From IMG/VR virus record IMGVR_UViG_3300022752_000016: 64,000 nt of DNA, one strand, 5' to 3'. Under the pieces are notes generated by a model that saw only the letters and a list, made by a program, of their open reading frames with translations, was not told where the DNA came from and made no database searches. Origin of the DNA: a virus. Its lineage: Duplodnaviria > Caudoviricetes. The position numbers and the translations under genes were made by a program. Shown here one piece after another: positions 34,602-44,412 of the stretch. The stretch's first letter is position 1. Every line of letters starts with the position of its first letter.

Positions 34602-37600
34602 ATGGCACTATTATCACCAGGTGTAGAAGTAACTATTATTGATGAATCTCAGTACGCTCCTGCTTCTGCAGGAACAATACCTTTCTTTTTAATTGCAACA
34701 GCGCAGAACAAAGCACAACCTAATGGTGTAACTGTAGCCTCTGCAACAACTTTAGCTAATGCTAACAAGTTATATGCTGTTACAAGTCAACGTGACCTTG
34801 TAACATTGTATGGAACACCATTTTTCTATACAACAGTAGCAGGAACTCCTATACAGGGTTATGAACTTAATGAATACGGATTATTAGCAGCCTATTCTGC
34901 TTTGGGACTATGTAATAGAATTTATGTTTTAAGAGCAGATGTTAATTTGGCAAGTTTGATAGGACAGGCAGGGAGACCATCAGGAGCTCCTACAGATGGA
35001 TCATATTGGTTAAATACTACCTCAACCACATGGGGAATTTATGAATGGAATGCTACGACAGGTAAATTTACGCAAAAAACTCCTATTGTCATAGTAGATA
35101 GTGATAATCTTATTGGTGGATACCCCTCACCAACTTTGGGAAGCGTAGGAAGTTATGCAGTAAATGCTATTCCATCTGTGCCAAATAATACACCCTCTTT
35201 AACGCCTGTTCAATGGTTTTATAAAAATTCTTCAAATATTTGGACAGCTATTGGAGCATCAGACTGGGCTAATAGTTGGCCAATCGTTCAAGGAACGGCT
35301 ACGTTACCTACATTTACGAATGGAGATTCAATTACTATAAATCTAAATAATAAGTTTAGTAAAACATTTACAGCAGGAGCTTCTCCTAATAACAATATTC
35401 AATGGCTTACAACACAAATTAATAATTTAGGACTATCAAGCTTGATTGCAAATAGTATTAATGGAAAATTTGTATTATATTCAGCCCAAATTGAAAGTAC
35501 TAACAAAAACAGTTTCGTAGGGATTACAGGCACAGGAACGTTTTTGGCAGATTTAGGAGTATCAACAGGAAATTATTTTGTTCCAACTATATTTGCAGGC
35601 CCAAGTTCAAAACAACCATTATGGGCATCCAGTCAGACCACACCAAGACCTACAGGATCTGTATGGTTAAAAACAAGTAGCTCAGGAAACGGCTTTACTC
35701 CAGAATTTTATAGATATAATGCAATAACAAGAAGTTGGGAACCTAAAATTGTAAATTCAGTAACAAGTTTTCAAAATGCGACAGAGACATTAGCTGCAGG
35801 TGGTTTAGCGAGTGGTATTCCACAAGGTACCATTGCTTCTATATATAATTTTGTTTCTGTCCCAAATAATTATCAAACTTATAACTCTCCGTACTTTTTT
35901 ATTGAAAGATCAACTACAGGAGCAACAATTGTAACAGGATCTGTCTCAAATCCAAGTTTTACTACAGGCCCGTACGAAATAACTGTTGTGCCAACAGATG
36001 AAAATAATCAATACAGTGCATCTTACACAATTAATTTAGCAGATAATACTTTTGCAGAAGATTTTGTTGATGCATGGGTAGCAGCCGCTATTCCATATAC
36101 AACTGCCTCGGTTGACACAACAGGAAATATTGTAATCACACACACATTAGGAGGTGATATATTACTTAATGATATATTTACCACTGGTCCAAGTGTAGGA
36201 AATTCTAGTGGGTTTTTGAGTATAGCAGGATTTATACCTCAATCTACAGAATATGTTAGTTTAGGTTCGCTATATCCACAAGAATTTGTAGTTACTCAAT
36301 CTACAACTTCTGGAGTAGGCATTGACCTCTCTCTAACTATTTCAACTATGAACGGTACATATCTTTTAGGACCACAGGGTGATAATCCTTATTTAATTTC
36401 TTCGGGTTCAGGATATGCAGTTAATGATACGATTACATTTAATGGTTCGAAATTTGGTGGTTCAGTAGGTAATAATTTAATACTAAAAGTTATTAGCGTA
36501 GGTATTGGAGGATCTGTTACTGGGCTTGGGATAGTATCAGGCACAGCTCCTGCTTCTTATAACACAATTTTAAGCAATTGGGTTTTTGCAACATATGAAG
36601 CAAATGAAGGAGCTCCTGTAGCTAATCCAAGTGATGGAACTAATTGGTATTACAGTGTAGAGGACCAAGTCGATATAATGGTAAATTACAACGGAGCTTG
36701 GAAAGGATATAAAAATCAAAATTATGATATAAATGGTTTTCCAACACCATCAGGGTCAAATAGTACAGACCCAAATGGTCCAATTATTTCAGCCAGTGAA
36801 CCAACTGTACAAACCGATGGTACTCCTTTAGTATATGGAGATATATGGATAGATACTAGTGATTTAGAAAATTATCCTATTATAAGTAGATATCAGTTAG
36901 TGGATAGTGAGGATAAATGGGTATTAATTGATAATACTGATCAAACAAGTGGATCAGGAGTTTTATTTGCAGATGCTAGATGGGCAACAAATGGAACAAC
37001 AAATCCAGTAAATGATCCATTACCCACTATTAAAAGTTTGTTAACTAGTAATTATTTGGATTTAGACGCTCCCAGTAGCGAATCTTATCCTGTTGGTATG
37101 TTGTTATTTAATACTAGACGTTCTGGTTTTAACGTAAAACAATTTAAAGTAAATTATTTTAATAATACACGCTTCCCAGATCAAATATTACCAACACAAA
37201 AAGATGCATGGGTTACTATAAGTGGAAATCAAACCAATGGTGCTGCTTATATGGGTAGAAAAGCACAACGTGCAGTAGTTGTTCAATCTTTAAGGAGCGC
37301 TATTGATACAAACTTTGATGTTAGAGATGAAAGTTTCCCATTTACTTTGATGGCCACTCCTAACTACCCAGAATTACAACAAAACATGATTGTACTAAAT
37401 GCCGATAGAGGAGATACAGCCTTTATAGTAGGTGATACTCCAATGAGATTAAGTGATAGTGCAACTGCAATTTCAAGTTGGGCAATCAACTTAGCAGGAG
37501 CATCATCAACAGGTGAAGACGGTTTGGTTAATAGAAGCACTTACATGGGCTTATTTTATCCAAGTGGTTTAGCACCTGACTTTGAAGGTAATTTAGTTGC

Positions 37601-38201
37601 TGTTCCCCCTTCACATATGATGATGAGAACAATTATACGGAGCGACCAACTATCTTATCCTTGGTTCGCTCCTGCAGGTACAAGAAGGGGATTAATTGAT
37701 AACGCTACAGCATTGGGATATGTAAGTCCTGAAACAGGCGAATTCGTAACTGTAAGAACAAGAGTTGGTATCAGAGATGTTTTGTATGAAAATTCAATTA
37801 ATCCTTTAGTATTCTTTTCAGGTCAAGGTTTACTAAATTTTGGAAATAAAGCAAGTTTTGCTTCACAAAGTGCACTTGATAGAGTTAATGTAGCACGTTT
37901 AATTAATTATGTTAGAAGACAACTGGTATTATTATGTAGACCCTTTATTTTTGAACCAAATGATGCATTTACAAGATCACAGGTTCAAAATACAATAAGC
38001 GGATTAATGAATGAATTAGTAAGTTTACGAGGTATATATGATTATAGCGTAATATGTGATGATTCAAATAATACTCCTACAAGAATTGATAGGAATGAAT
38101 TATGGGTAGATGTAGCTTTACAACCTGTAAAAGCTATAGAATTCATATATGTTCCTGTAAGGATTTTGAATACAGGAGAAACGGTAACAAGTAATGTTTA
38201 A
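34602..38201 (+). CDS. gp18: Contractile tail sheath protein with large insertions
   Basis: LLSPGVEVTIIDES N-terminus; C-terminal PWFAPAG.RRG, INP, DRVNVARL, FIFEPND, ICDDSNNT. Confidence 0.92.
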   Translation: MALLSPGVEVTIIDESQYAPASAGTIPFFLIATAQNKAQPNGVTVASATTLANANKLYAVTSQRDLVTLYGTPFFYTTVAGTPIQGYELNEYGLLAAYSALGLCNRIYVLRADVNLASLIGQAGRPSGAPTDGSYWLNTTSTTWGIYEWNATTGKFTQKTPIVIVDSDNLIGGYPSPTLGSVGSYAVNAIPSVPNNTPSLTPVQWFYKNSSNIWTAIGASDWANSWPIVQGTATLPTFTNGDSITINLNNKFSKTFTAGASPNNNIQWLTTQINNLGLSSLIANSINGKFVLYSAQIESTNKNSFVGITGTGTFLADLGVSTGNYFVPTIFAGPSSKQPLWASSQTTPRPTGSVWLKTSSSGNGFTPEFYRYNAITRSWEPKIVNSVTSFQNATETLAAGGLASGIPQGTIASIYNFVSVPNNYQTYNSPYFFIERSTTGATIVTGSVSNPSFTTGPYEITVVPTDENNQYSASYTINLADNTFAEDFVDAWVAAAIPYTTASVDTTGNIVITHTLGGDILLNDIFTTGPSVGNSSGFLSIAGFIPQSTEYVSLGSLYPQEFVVTQSTTSGVGIDLSLTISTMNGTYLLGPQGDNPYLISSGSGYAVNDTITFNGSKFGGSVGNNLILKVISVGIGGSVTGLGIVSGTAPASYNTILSNWVFATYEANEGAPVANPSDGTNWYYSVEDQVDIMVNYNGAWKGYKNQNYDINGFPTPSGSNSTDPNGPIISASEPTVQTDGTPLVYGDIWIDTSDLENYPIISRYQLVDSEDKWVLIDNTDQTSGSGVLFADARWATNGTTNPVNDPLPTIKSLLTSNYLDLDAPSSESYPVGMLLFNTRRSGFNVKQFKVNYFNNTRFPDQILPTQKDAWVTISGNQTNGAAYMGRKAQRAVVVQSLRSAIDTNFDVRDESFPFTLMATPNYPELQQNMIVLNADRGDTAFIVGDTPMRLSDSATAISSWAINLAGASSTGEDGLVNRSTYMGLFYPSGLAPDFEGNLVAVPPSHMMMRTIIRSDQLSYPWFAPAGTRRGLIDNATALGYVSPETGEFVTVRTRVGIRDVLYENSINPLVFFSGQGLLNFGNKASFASQSALDRVNVARLINYVRRQLVLLCRPFIFEPNDAFTRSQVQNTISGLMNELVSLRGIYDYSVICDDSNNTPTRIDRNELWVDVALQPVKAIEFIYVPVRILNTGETVTSNV

Positions 38202-38230
38202 AAATATGGGCTTATGCCCATATTTTTAAA
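38197..38230. terminator. 15-bp perfect hairpin between sheath and tube genes
   Basis: TTTAAAAATATGGGC-TTAT-GCCCATATTTTTAAA, directly followed by TATAAATA (38234-41). Confidence 0.75.
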
Positions 38231-38261
38231 ATATATAAATATAAAATCAGGAGAATTTTTC

Positions 38262-38888
38262 ATGGCAATATCAACATTAAACAATCTGTCAGTATATGGG
38301 TCAGATGGAGGAACAGGAAATCAAACTTTATTGATGCCAAAACTTCAATACAGGTTTAGAGTAGAATTTTTAAATTTTGGATTTTTAACAGATAGTTCAG
38401 GTTCTTTGGCACTTACAAGACAGGTAATGGATGTTAGTAGACCACAAGTACAATTTGACGATATTACATTAAATGTATATAATTCAAGAATTTACTTGGC
38501 AGGTAAGCATACATGGCAACCATTAACTATTAATGTTAGAGACGATAATGCTGGGCAAGTTCAAAGAACTGTTGGTCAGCAATTGCAAAAGCAAATTGAT
38601 TTTAATAATCAAGCATCAGCAGCGGCAGGGGGAGATTATAAGTTTACTACAATAATAGATATTCTTGATGGTGGAAATGCACTTGCTGCCCCAGTAATTT
38701 TAGAATCATGGGAACTGTATGGTTGCTATATACAACAAGCAAACTATCAAACTTTGAATTATGCAACAAGTGATGCGGTTACAATCGCACTTACTTTAAG
38801 ATATGATAATGCTCTACAAGTACCAGAAAATTCAGGAGTTGGACAACCAGTAGCAAGAGCAAGAGGCGATTTAGCTACAAATGGCTAA
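38262..38888 (+). CDS. gp19: Tail tube protein (T4 gp19-like)
   Basis: LMPKLQYRFRV, YLAGKHTWQPLTINVRDD, WELYGC, LRYDNA; SD AGGAG favours the ATG at 38262. Confidence 0.85.
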   Translation: MAISTLNNLSVYGSDGGTGNQTLLMPKLQYRFRVEFLNFGFLTDSSGSLALTRQVMDVSRPQVQFDDITLNVYNSRIYLAGKHTWQPLTINVRDDNAGQVQRTVGQQLQKQIDFNNQASAAAGGDYKFTTIIDILDGGNALAAPVILESWELYGCYIQQANYQTLNYATSDAVTIALTLRYDNALQVPENSGVGQPVARARGDLATNG

Positions 38889-39696
38889 TATTACTCTTAG
38901 AGATTATCAACACGCAGGTATTATATTTAGGAGTAATTTATATAAAAATGCTCCTAAATATAAATTTTTGTTTCATGTTTATTTTGAAATTAATTCTGAG
39001 GCATACAACAAAAATTTAAACACAGGAGATAACTACGGATTATTTGTAAAAAATATAAAACTTCCAAGTTATACATTTAAAACATCAGTTATGAACCAGT
39101 ATAATAGAAAAAGAATTATACAAACAAAAATTAATTATGAGCCTGTAACAATAACCTTTCATGATGATAATTTTAGTAGAGTAACTAAAATGTGGGAAGC
39201 TTACTACAAATACTATTATGCTGATGGCTTGCAACCTCAAGTTAAAATTGGAACAGGTGTAGCAAGTAATTCAAATTCTATTAATGGTGCAGGTGGTACT
39301 ACTACTACAAATGGAGTAGCTGACTATAATAAAAGAACTCAATATTTAGATTCTATAACAGGACAAGTTAACTGGGGATATTCAGGAGAGGCAAATTTAG
39401 GAATTAAAGTACCTTTTTTTAAGAATATTACAGTGTTTGGTTTTTTTATGGATAATTACACAGCTTACACTTTAATAAACCCTTTAATAACTAATTTTCA
39501 ACATGATCAGTACAATTATGATGAAGGAAACGGTACGATGACTAATACAATGACCTTAGATTATGAAACTGTAGTATATAACTATGGTAGTTTACAAGGA
39601 AAAACTGCTAGTGACATTATAACAGGATTTGGATTAACTGGATCCTATGATACTACAAAAAAACAAAATTACACTACAAGAACTGCTGCAAGATGA
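38881..39696 (+). CDS. Tube-fold paralogue (baseplate tube initiator, gp54-like)
   Basis: LPSYTF...YEPVTITFHDD...MTLDYE repeats the tube-protein pattern. Confidence 0.6.
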   Translation: MANITLRDYQHAGIIFRSNLYKNAPKYKFLFHVYFEINSEAYNKNLNTGDNYGLFVKNIKLPSYTFKTSVMNQYNRKRIIQTKINYEPVTITFHDDNFSRVTKMWEAYYKYYYADGLQPQVKIGTGVASNSNSINGAGGTTTTNGVADYNKRTQYLDSITGQVNWGYSGEANLGIKVPFFKNITVFGFFMDNYTAYTLINPLITNFQHDQYNYDEGNGTMTNTMTLDYETVVYNYGSLQGKTASDIITGFGLTGSYDTTKKQNYTTRTAAR

Positions 39697-39962
39697 ATAT
39701 TGAAAATTCAACAAATTTAAATGCCTCAAATGCCATTAATAATCAAATTGCATTTTATGATCGTACTACTAATTTAGTAAACAGAAAATTTGAATTTCCA
39801 ACAGTAAATTTATTATTTGCAGAATCTATGTTAATAAGTAATAATGTATCAAGGGCAAATTTTTTTGAAATACCTGGTCCTTGGGGCAGTACTCCAAGTT
39901 TTTCAGGTATAGCAGGTTCGCCTACTGTAGGCGTAATTCAAAATCCTCAAAAAATTGGATAA
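39693..39962 (+). CDS. Hypothetical protein
   Basis: 89-aa ORF coupled to the upstream gene by ATGA overlap. Confidence 0.45.
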   Translation: MNIENSTNLNASNAINNQIAFYDRTTNLVNRKFEFPTVNLLFAESMLISNNVSRANFFEIPGPWGSTPSFSGIAGSPTVGVIQNPQKIG

Positions 39963-39966
39963 ATAA

Positions 39967-40329
39967 ATGGCAACTATTATTGATAGAAGAAACATTGATA
40001 GAACGATTGCAATTTATGACAGTTTTTATGCTGTATCTTTCACAGTTGAGGCAAATAAATTTGATGTAGTTTTTAGTTTTTTTTATGAAACCAGTAAAAA
40101 TAAAGAAATAGCGGGTAATTTTACTGTAGTTTTATTAAGAATAGCAGAATTTACAAATATTGATGTATTAACTCTTTTAAACCAAATTAAGGGAGTAGCT
40201 TCGGAAAAGTTGGCTATTACTAAGCAATTAGCCTATTATTTAAATAGTTTTAAATCAAAGACATCTTTATATGGTGTTGGAAGAATAGTTTCCCCTAACA
40301 TCCCTGTTTCACGAAATATAGTTATTTAA
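39967..40329 (+). CDS. Hypothetical protein in the tail/head cluster
   Basis: Clean 120-aa ORF. Confidence 0.65.
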   Translation: MATIIDRRNIDRTIAIYDSFYAVSFTVEANKFDVVFSFFYETSKNKEIAGNFTVVLLRIAEFTNIDVLTLLNQIKGVASEKLAITKQLAYYLNSFKSKTSLYGVGRIVSPNIPVSRNIVI

Positions 40330-40331
40330 GT

Positions 40332-40766
40332 ATGGGCAAATGGGCACAAGGTACATATAAGCCTAAAAATCCTTCCAAATATATAGGTAAGCATGATCCA
40401 AAATATCGTAGCGGTTGGGAACTTACATTTATGACATTTTGCGATACAAATAAAAATGTTTTATATTGGGCAAGTGAGGCACTTATTATTCCTTATGTGA
40501 ATCCAGTGACTGGTAAAAAAACAAATTATATACCTGATTTTTTTGTTGTGTATGAAAATAAATATGGAAAAAAACTTGCAGAAGTTGTCGAAATAAAGCC
40601 AAAAAAGCAAAGTTTAATAGAAAGCAAGGTAAGTAGTGCTAAAGATAGGGCTGTTGTAGCTATTAATCATGCTAAATGGGCAGCAGCAATGGGATACTGT
40701 AAAAGTCAAGGGTATTCTTTTAGAGTAATTACTGAATACGATTTGTTCAGGAACGGAAAGGCATAA
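40332..40766 (+). CDS. gp4: Head completion nuclease (T4 gp4 / TnsA-like)
   Basis: KNPSKYIG, YRSGWE, WASE...IPY, YIPDFFV, EIKP. Confidence 0.85.
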   Translation: MGKWAQGTYKPKNPSKYIGKHDPKYRSGWELTFMTFCDTNKNVLYWASEALIIPYVNPVTGKKTNYIPDFFVVYENKYGKKLAEVVEIKPKKQSLIESKVSSAKDRAVVAINHAKWAAAMGYCKSQGYSFRVITEYDLFRNGKA

Positions 40767-40836
40767 TTAAAAGTGGTGTGTCTTCGGAGAAAGTAAAATA
40801 CATATTGTATAATATAGACCGAATAAATAATTATAA

Positions 40837-41319
40837 ATGACAAAAAAATTAGAAGAATTATTTGAATTAGCCACTTCCGAAAAAAATGATTTGGTGGAAC
40901 CTTTGCCTCAACAGACGGCTGAAATAACACAGTCTGCGTTAGATAGTTTACAAAAAATAGAAACTGCTTTGCCTCAAGTTCGTGGTTTAGAAACTGCGGA
41001 TGTAGAAATGGATGAGTTAGTAGAATTAGCTAAAGATAGTTATAAAGACCTGATGGATCTCGGGATGCAAGTTGATAGCAGATTTAGTGCAGAAATCTTT
41101 GGGGTAGCTGGTACAATGTTAGGACATGCAATAACTGCTAAAACAGCTAAAGTAAATAAAAAACTTAAAATGATTGAATTGCAACTTAAAAAAGCAGCAC
41201 TTGACGCTAAATTAAACCCTGTTGAAAAAGATATTTCTAATGTTCCATTAGGTAATGGGCAAGCCTTAGACCGTAACGAATTGTTAAAAATTCTAAACGG
41301 AAAAAATAACCTTAATTGA
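40837..41319 (+). CDS. Helical hypothetical protein, possibly terminase small subunit
   Basis: All-helical 160 aa next to gp4, with ATAAATA at 40823. The small-terminase assignment rests on size and context only. Confidence 0.3.
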   Translation: MTKKLEELFELATSEKNDLVEPLPQQTAEITQSALDSLQKIETALPQVRGLETADVEMDELVELAKDSYKDLMDLGMQVDSRFSAEIFGVAGTMLGHAITAKTAKVNKKLKMIELQLKKAALDAKLNPVEKDISNVPLGNGQALDRNELLKILNGKNNLN

Positions 41320-41343
41320 TAAATATAATATAGGGACCTGAAT

Positions 41344-41967
41344 ATGAAAAGTTTGAAACAATATATTGCGGAAAGTGTACATACTTACAACTATACTATA
41401 AAGATAGCTGGTGAGGTGGATAAGAACTTTTTAGATTTGTTCAAATATAACTTAGGAAAATTTGATCCAATAAAAATAAGTGATCCAGTAAGCACACCGA
41501 TACAAAAATCCCCATATGGCTTTCCTGGGGTGCAAAACCAACCTATCCATATTATGAGATGTGAGTTTCGTTATCCAGCAACAGAACCAATGATACAACA
41601 AATAGCACAATTATGTGGATATAATGTTGATTTGGTGCGTGTTGTAGGTACATCATATGATGATAGTATTAATAGTGAAGCAGATGCTTATGCAAATGAG
41701 ATGCGTGAAGATCCATTATTATTAACACCTGAAATGGGTTCAGCACCTGGAGCAAAAGAAGCTAGTAAGGCATATGGTGATAGTTATTTACAAAGTATGA
41801 AAGACCAAGCTAAAGGAAACAAGATTGATATTCCATATGCTGGGAAAAAAACACCTAATGCATTTGATCCGTTCAAACCATATTTAGCAGATGATCCAAG
41901 AGGCATTAATAGCCCAATGAGTAAAATTACAAGACCGCCTAAGCCAAAGACTGGCGCAATGGCTTAA
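41344..41967 (+). CDS. Hypothetical head-associated protein
   Basis: N-terminal YIAES motif; ATAAATA at 41319. Confidence 0.5.
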   Translation: MKSLKQYIAESVHTYNYTIKIAGEVDKNFLDLFKYNLGKFDPIKISDPVSTPIQKSPYGFPGVQNQPIHIMRCEFRYPATEPMIQQIAQLCGYNVDLVRVVGTSYDDSINSEADAYANEMREDPLLLTPEMGSAPGAKEASKAYGDSYLQSMKDQAKGNKIDIPYAGKKTPNAFDPFKPYLADDPRGINSPMSKITRPPKPKTGAMA

Positions 41968-41983
41968 TTACGAGGATTAAAAA

Positions 41984-44320
41984 ATGAATTTAAAAGATAT
42001 GTTAGACAAATTAACAGTGCTTAGTGAAGCTACAAAGGAAACACCAACAGGTCGTGTACATAAAGCTGAGCCAGGCGGCTATGGTCGTAAATATGACACC
42101 GATGAAGAAGGTGATGAAAAAGATGGCGAAAAGGATGCAAAGAAGCCTGCTGAAAAGCGTGGTCGTGGTCGACCAACAAAGACAGGAACTCATGTAAGTA
42201 AGCCTGAAGATAAAAAGAAACAAAAAGAAAAAGAAGAAGCTGGTAAAAATCTTCAAAGTTTTATAAGTGGAAAACCTAAGAAAAGCAAAGAACTTGAAAA
42301 ACTTCCAAAGAAAAAGCATAGTTTGAAAGAGTTTTTTGATCAAATAGATAATGAAAGACTGCTAAGAGAAGCAGAGCAAGTTACCATTGAGCCTGCAAAA
42401 CAAAGTACACAACTCATTAAGCAAGGACAAAAAACACTTGGTACCGTCAGTAATCCAGGATTAGCATCACAAATAAAATCAGCTATTGGTAAAGGTGAAA
42501 TGGCATTAGCCGGTGATGAATTAGGGGAAGAGGCAAGAAATCCATATGCTATTGGTATGGCAGCAGCTAAAAAGAAATTTGGATATGGGACAAAGCCTGC
42601 AACTAATTTACCAAAGAAAGTAATTAAGAAAGGTCATGAAATTGCCAAAAAGGTAGATGAAGTTGAACAACCAACAATAGATAATATGACTGCAATGGGT
42701 GCAGGATTAGGTGCTGGACGCAGTAATAATGCATTAGAGGAAGCAAAGAAAACTGCTAAACGTGATGACAAAGCAGAAAAAGCAGGCAAGAAAGTTGCAA
42801 AAAATATTGAATATGATGAAAAAGTAAAAGATAAGATTCACGGCAAGAAGCGTCATGCTGAAGATGAGAAAGCAGAAAAAGCAGGTAAGAAAGTTGCAAA
42901 AGATATTGAGTATGATGAAAAGAAAAAGAAACAGGTAAAAGAAGCAGCTAAACCTGATTTTCCTGATATTGATAATGATAAAAATACAGAAGAACCTATT
43001 TCAAAAGCAGCGAAAGATGCTAAGAAAAAGAAAATGAACGAAAGCGGGCATAGACATTCAGCAGCAAGATTGATGGGTAAAGCCCATGCACTTGCAAAAG
43101 AAGGGTACAATTGTAAGTACGAGGATATGGAAGAAGCTAAAATGTATCACGAAGGATACAAAGAAGGCTTAGATGAGTGTTATGGATTGATGCCAATGCG
43201 TGGTGTAGTAGTTGGGGAGACCCCGGCTGCAACAGTTCCAGGTATGGCAAGCCAAGCAATGCCAGCAATGGAAGATGACATGGAAGAAGGAAATGCATTT
43301 ACAAAAGCATTGAGAGACACTCCAAAAGGTGGTAAGTTTTCTGTAGGTGGCAAAACATTCACAGATACAAGTAATTATGAAGAATCAATGGCATTTGAAA
43401 GTTTGGATCAACAATTAAATGACTTATTAGTTGAAGGTGAAAAAGTTGAAGAAGGCATGAGTGTTTCTATCAGTAAGGGACAACAAGGAGCACCAGATAG
43501 TGTTACTGTGTCTGCACAAGATGCTGAAGCAGAAAAGCTATTAAGTTTTATAAAACAAGCAGGATTAGGATTGTTTGCTGATGATAAAGCTATGGATTAC
43601 ACATCAGCAGGAGACGGAGATCCAACACATGCACACGGTGATATTTCTGTTGTTGATGATCATGATGGCATGATGAGCATTATGAAGAAAATGGCAGGTA
43701 TGGATCAAGGTGGTGATGATTACCGTGATGAAGAACATAATAACCAAGAAGATTGTGAAGTATGCGGAGAATCAGCATGTCAATGCCATGAAGAATCGCA
43801 GATGGTAGATGAAGTTGAAACATATGACCAAGAGGAAGAAGAAGTAGCAGAAACAGATGAATTAGACGAGCTAAAAAGATTAGCAGGTCATAATACAGCA
43901 CAACCTGCTAGTGATAGTAAGCGTGGTATGCAAGAAGATAATCCACCTGACAGCGGTGAAGCTGAATCAACCGCAGATGAAGATGCTGAAGCTGCCGAAG
44001 ATAAAGCATTAGCATTAAAGAGTGTTAATGAAGGCGGTGACGGTGGTGAGGCTTCAGAGGAATATTCAGAGGAACCAGAAGATATGTCAGAGTCAGAGGA
44101 AGATGACAAAGAAAAATTAGATGAGTGGGCCAATGATGCAGGTAAACGTGGCACAGAAACAACGTTTGTTACAGATGAAGATTACATGATTAACACTATT
44201 AGTTCAGGGTTAAACAAGCGTAAATCAACTGGTCAAACAACTATTCCAGTTATTCCAGGACAAAAAGAAAGAATGGGCGTTGATAATTTAAGAGAATGGA
44301 AGAGGTTAGCAGGAATTTAG
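41984..44320 (+). CDS. Large charged low-complexity protein, probable internal head protein
   Basis: Many (L/V/M)-x-E motifs, AT-hook-like RGRGRP, duplicated KAEKAGKKVAKxIEYDEK, acidic C-terminal half. Confidence 0.6.
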   Translation: MNLKDMLDKLTVLSEATKETPTGRVHKAEPGGYGRKYDTDEEGDEKDGEKDAKKPAEKRGRGRPTKTGTHVSKPEDKKKQKEKEEAGKNLQSFISGKPKKSKELEKLPKKKHSLKEFFDQIDNERLLREAEQVTIEPAKQSTQLIKQGQKTLGTVSNPGLASQIKSAIGKGEMALAGDELGEEARNPYAIGMAAAKKKFGYGTKPATNLPKKVIKKGHEIAKKVDEVEQPTIDNMTAMGAGLGAGRSNNALEEAKKTAKRDDKAEKAGKKVAKNIEYDEKVKDKIHGKKRHAEDEKAEKAGKKVAKDIEYDEKKKKQVKEAAKPDFPDIDNDKNTEEPISKAAKDAKKKKMNESGHRHSAARLMGKAHALAKEGYNCKYEDMEEAKMYHEGYKEGLDECYGLMPMRGVVVGETPAATVPGMASQAMPAMEDDMEEGNAFTKALRDTPKGGKFSVGGKTFTDTSNYEESMAFESLDQQLNDLLVEGEKVEEGMSVSISKGQQGAPDSVTVSAQDAEAEKLLSFIKQAGLGLFADDKAMDYTSAGDGDPTHAHGDISVVDDHDGMMSIMKKMAGMDQGGDDYRDEEHNNQEDCEVCGESACQCHEESQMVDEVETYDQEEEEVAETDELDELKRLAGHNTAQPASDSKRGMQEDNPPDSGEAESTADEDAEAAEDKALALKSVNEGGDGGEASEEYSEEPEDMSESEEDDKEKLDEWANDAGKRGTETTFVTDEDYMINTISSGLNKRKSTGQTTIPVIPGQKERMGVDNLREWKRLAGI

Positions 44321-44333
44321 AATTGATGATTTT

Positions 44334-44363
44334 AAATAGCCCGGTTCGCCGGGCTATTTTTTT
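44334..44363 (+). terminator. Rho-independent terminator with UUCG loop
   Basis: AAATAGCCCGG-TTCG-CCGGGCTATTT followed by a T-run. Confidence 0.92.
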
Positions 44364-44412
44364 GGTAATTATGTAATTTGCAAAACGATAAATACATAAT
44401 AAGGTACAAAAT

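Noticed and set aside
39640-39962. Programmed frameshift fusing the tube-like gene 38881 with the 89-aa ORF at an A-run near 39657-63
   Set aside because: The ATGA overlap is the standard coupling used throughout this genome, and no canonical slippery heptamer with a stimulatory structure was seen. Homologue lengths would be needed to revisit this.
39959-39965. ATAAATA as a late promoter for 39967
   Set aside because: It is only 1 nt from the ATG and is largely formed by the upstream TAA stop, so it is probably coincidental at this AT content.
40332-40766. TnsA-like endonuclease as evidence of a Tn7 transposon
   Set aside because: Its sequence and position match the T4 gp4 head-completion nuclease. 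No TnsB/C/D genes or transposon ends are present.
40776-40815. CTTCGG tetraloop hairpin and TATAAT between gp4 and 40837
   Set aside because: The stem is only 2-3 bp, and the TATAAT has neither a -35 nor a correctly spaced TG extension.
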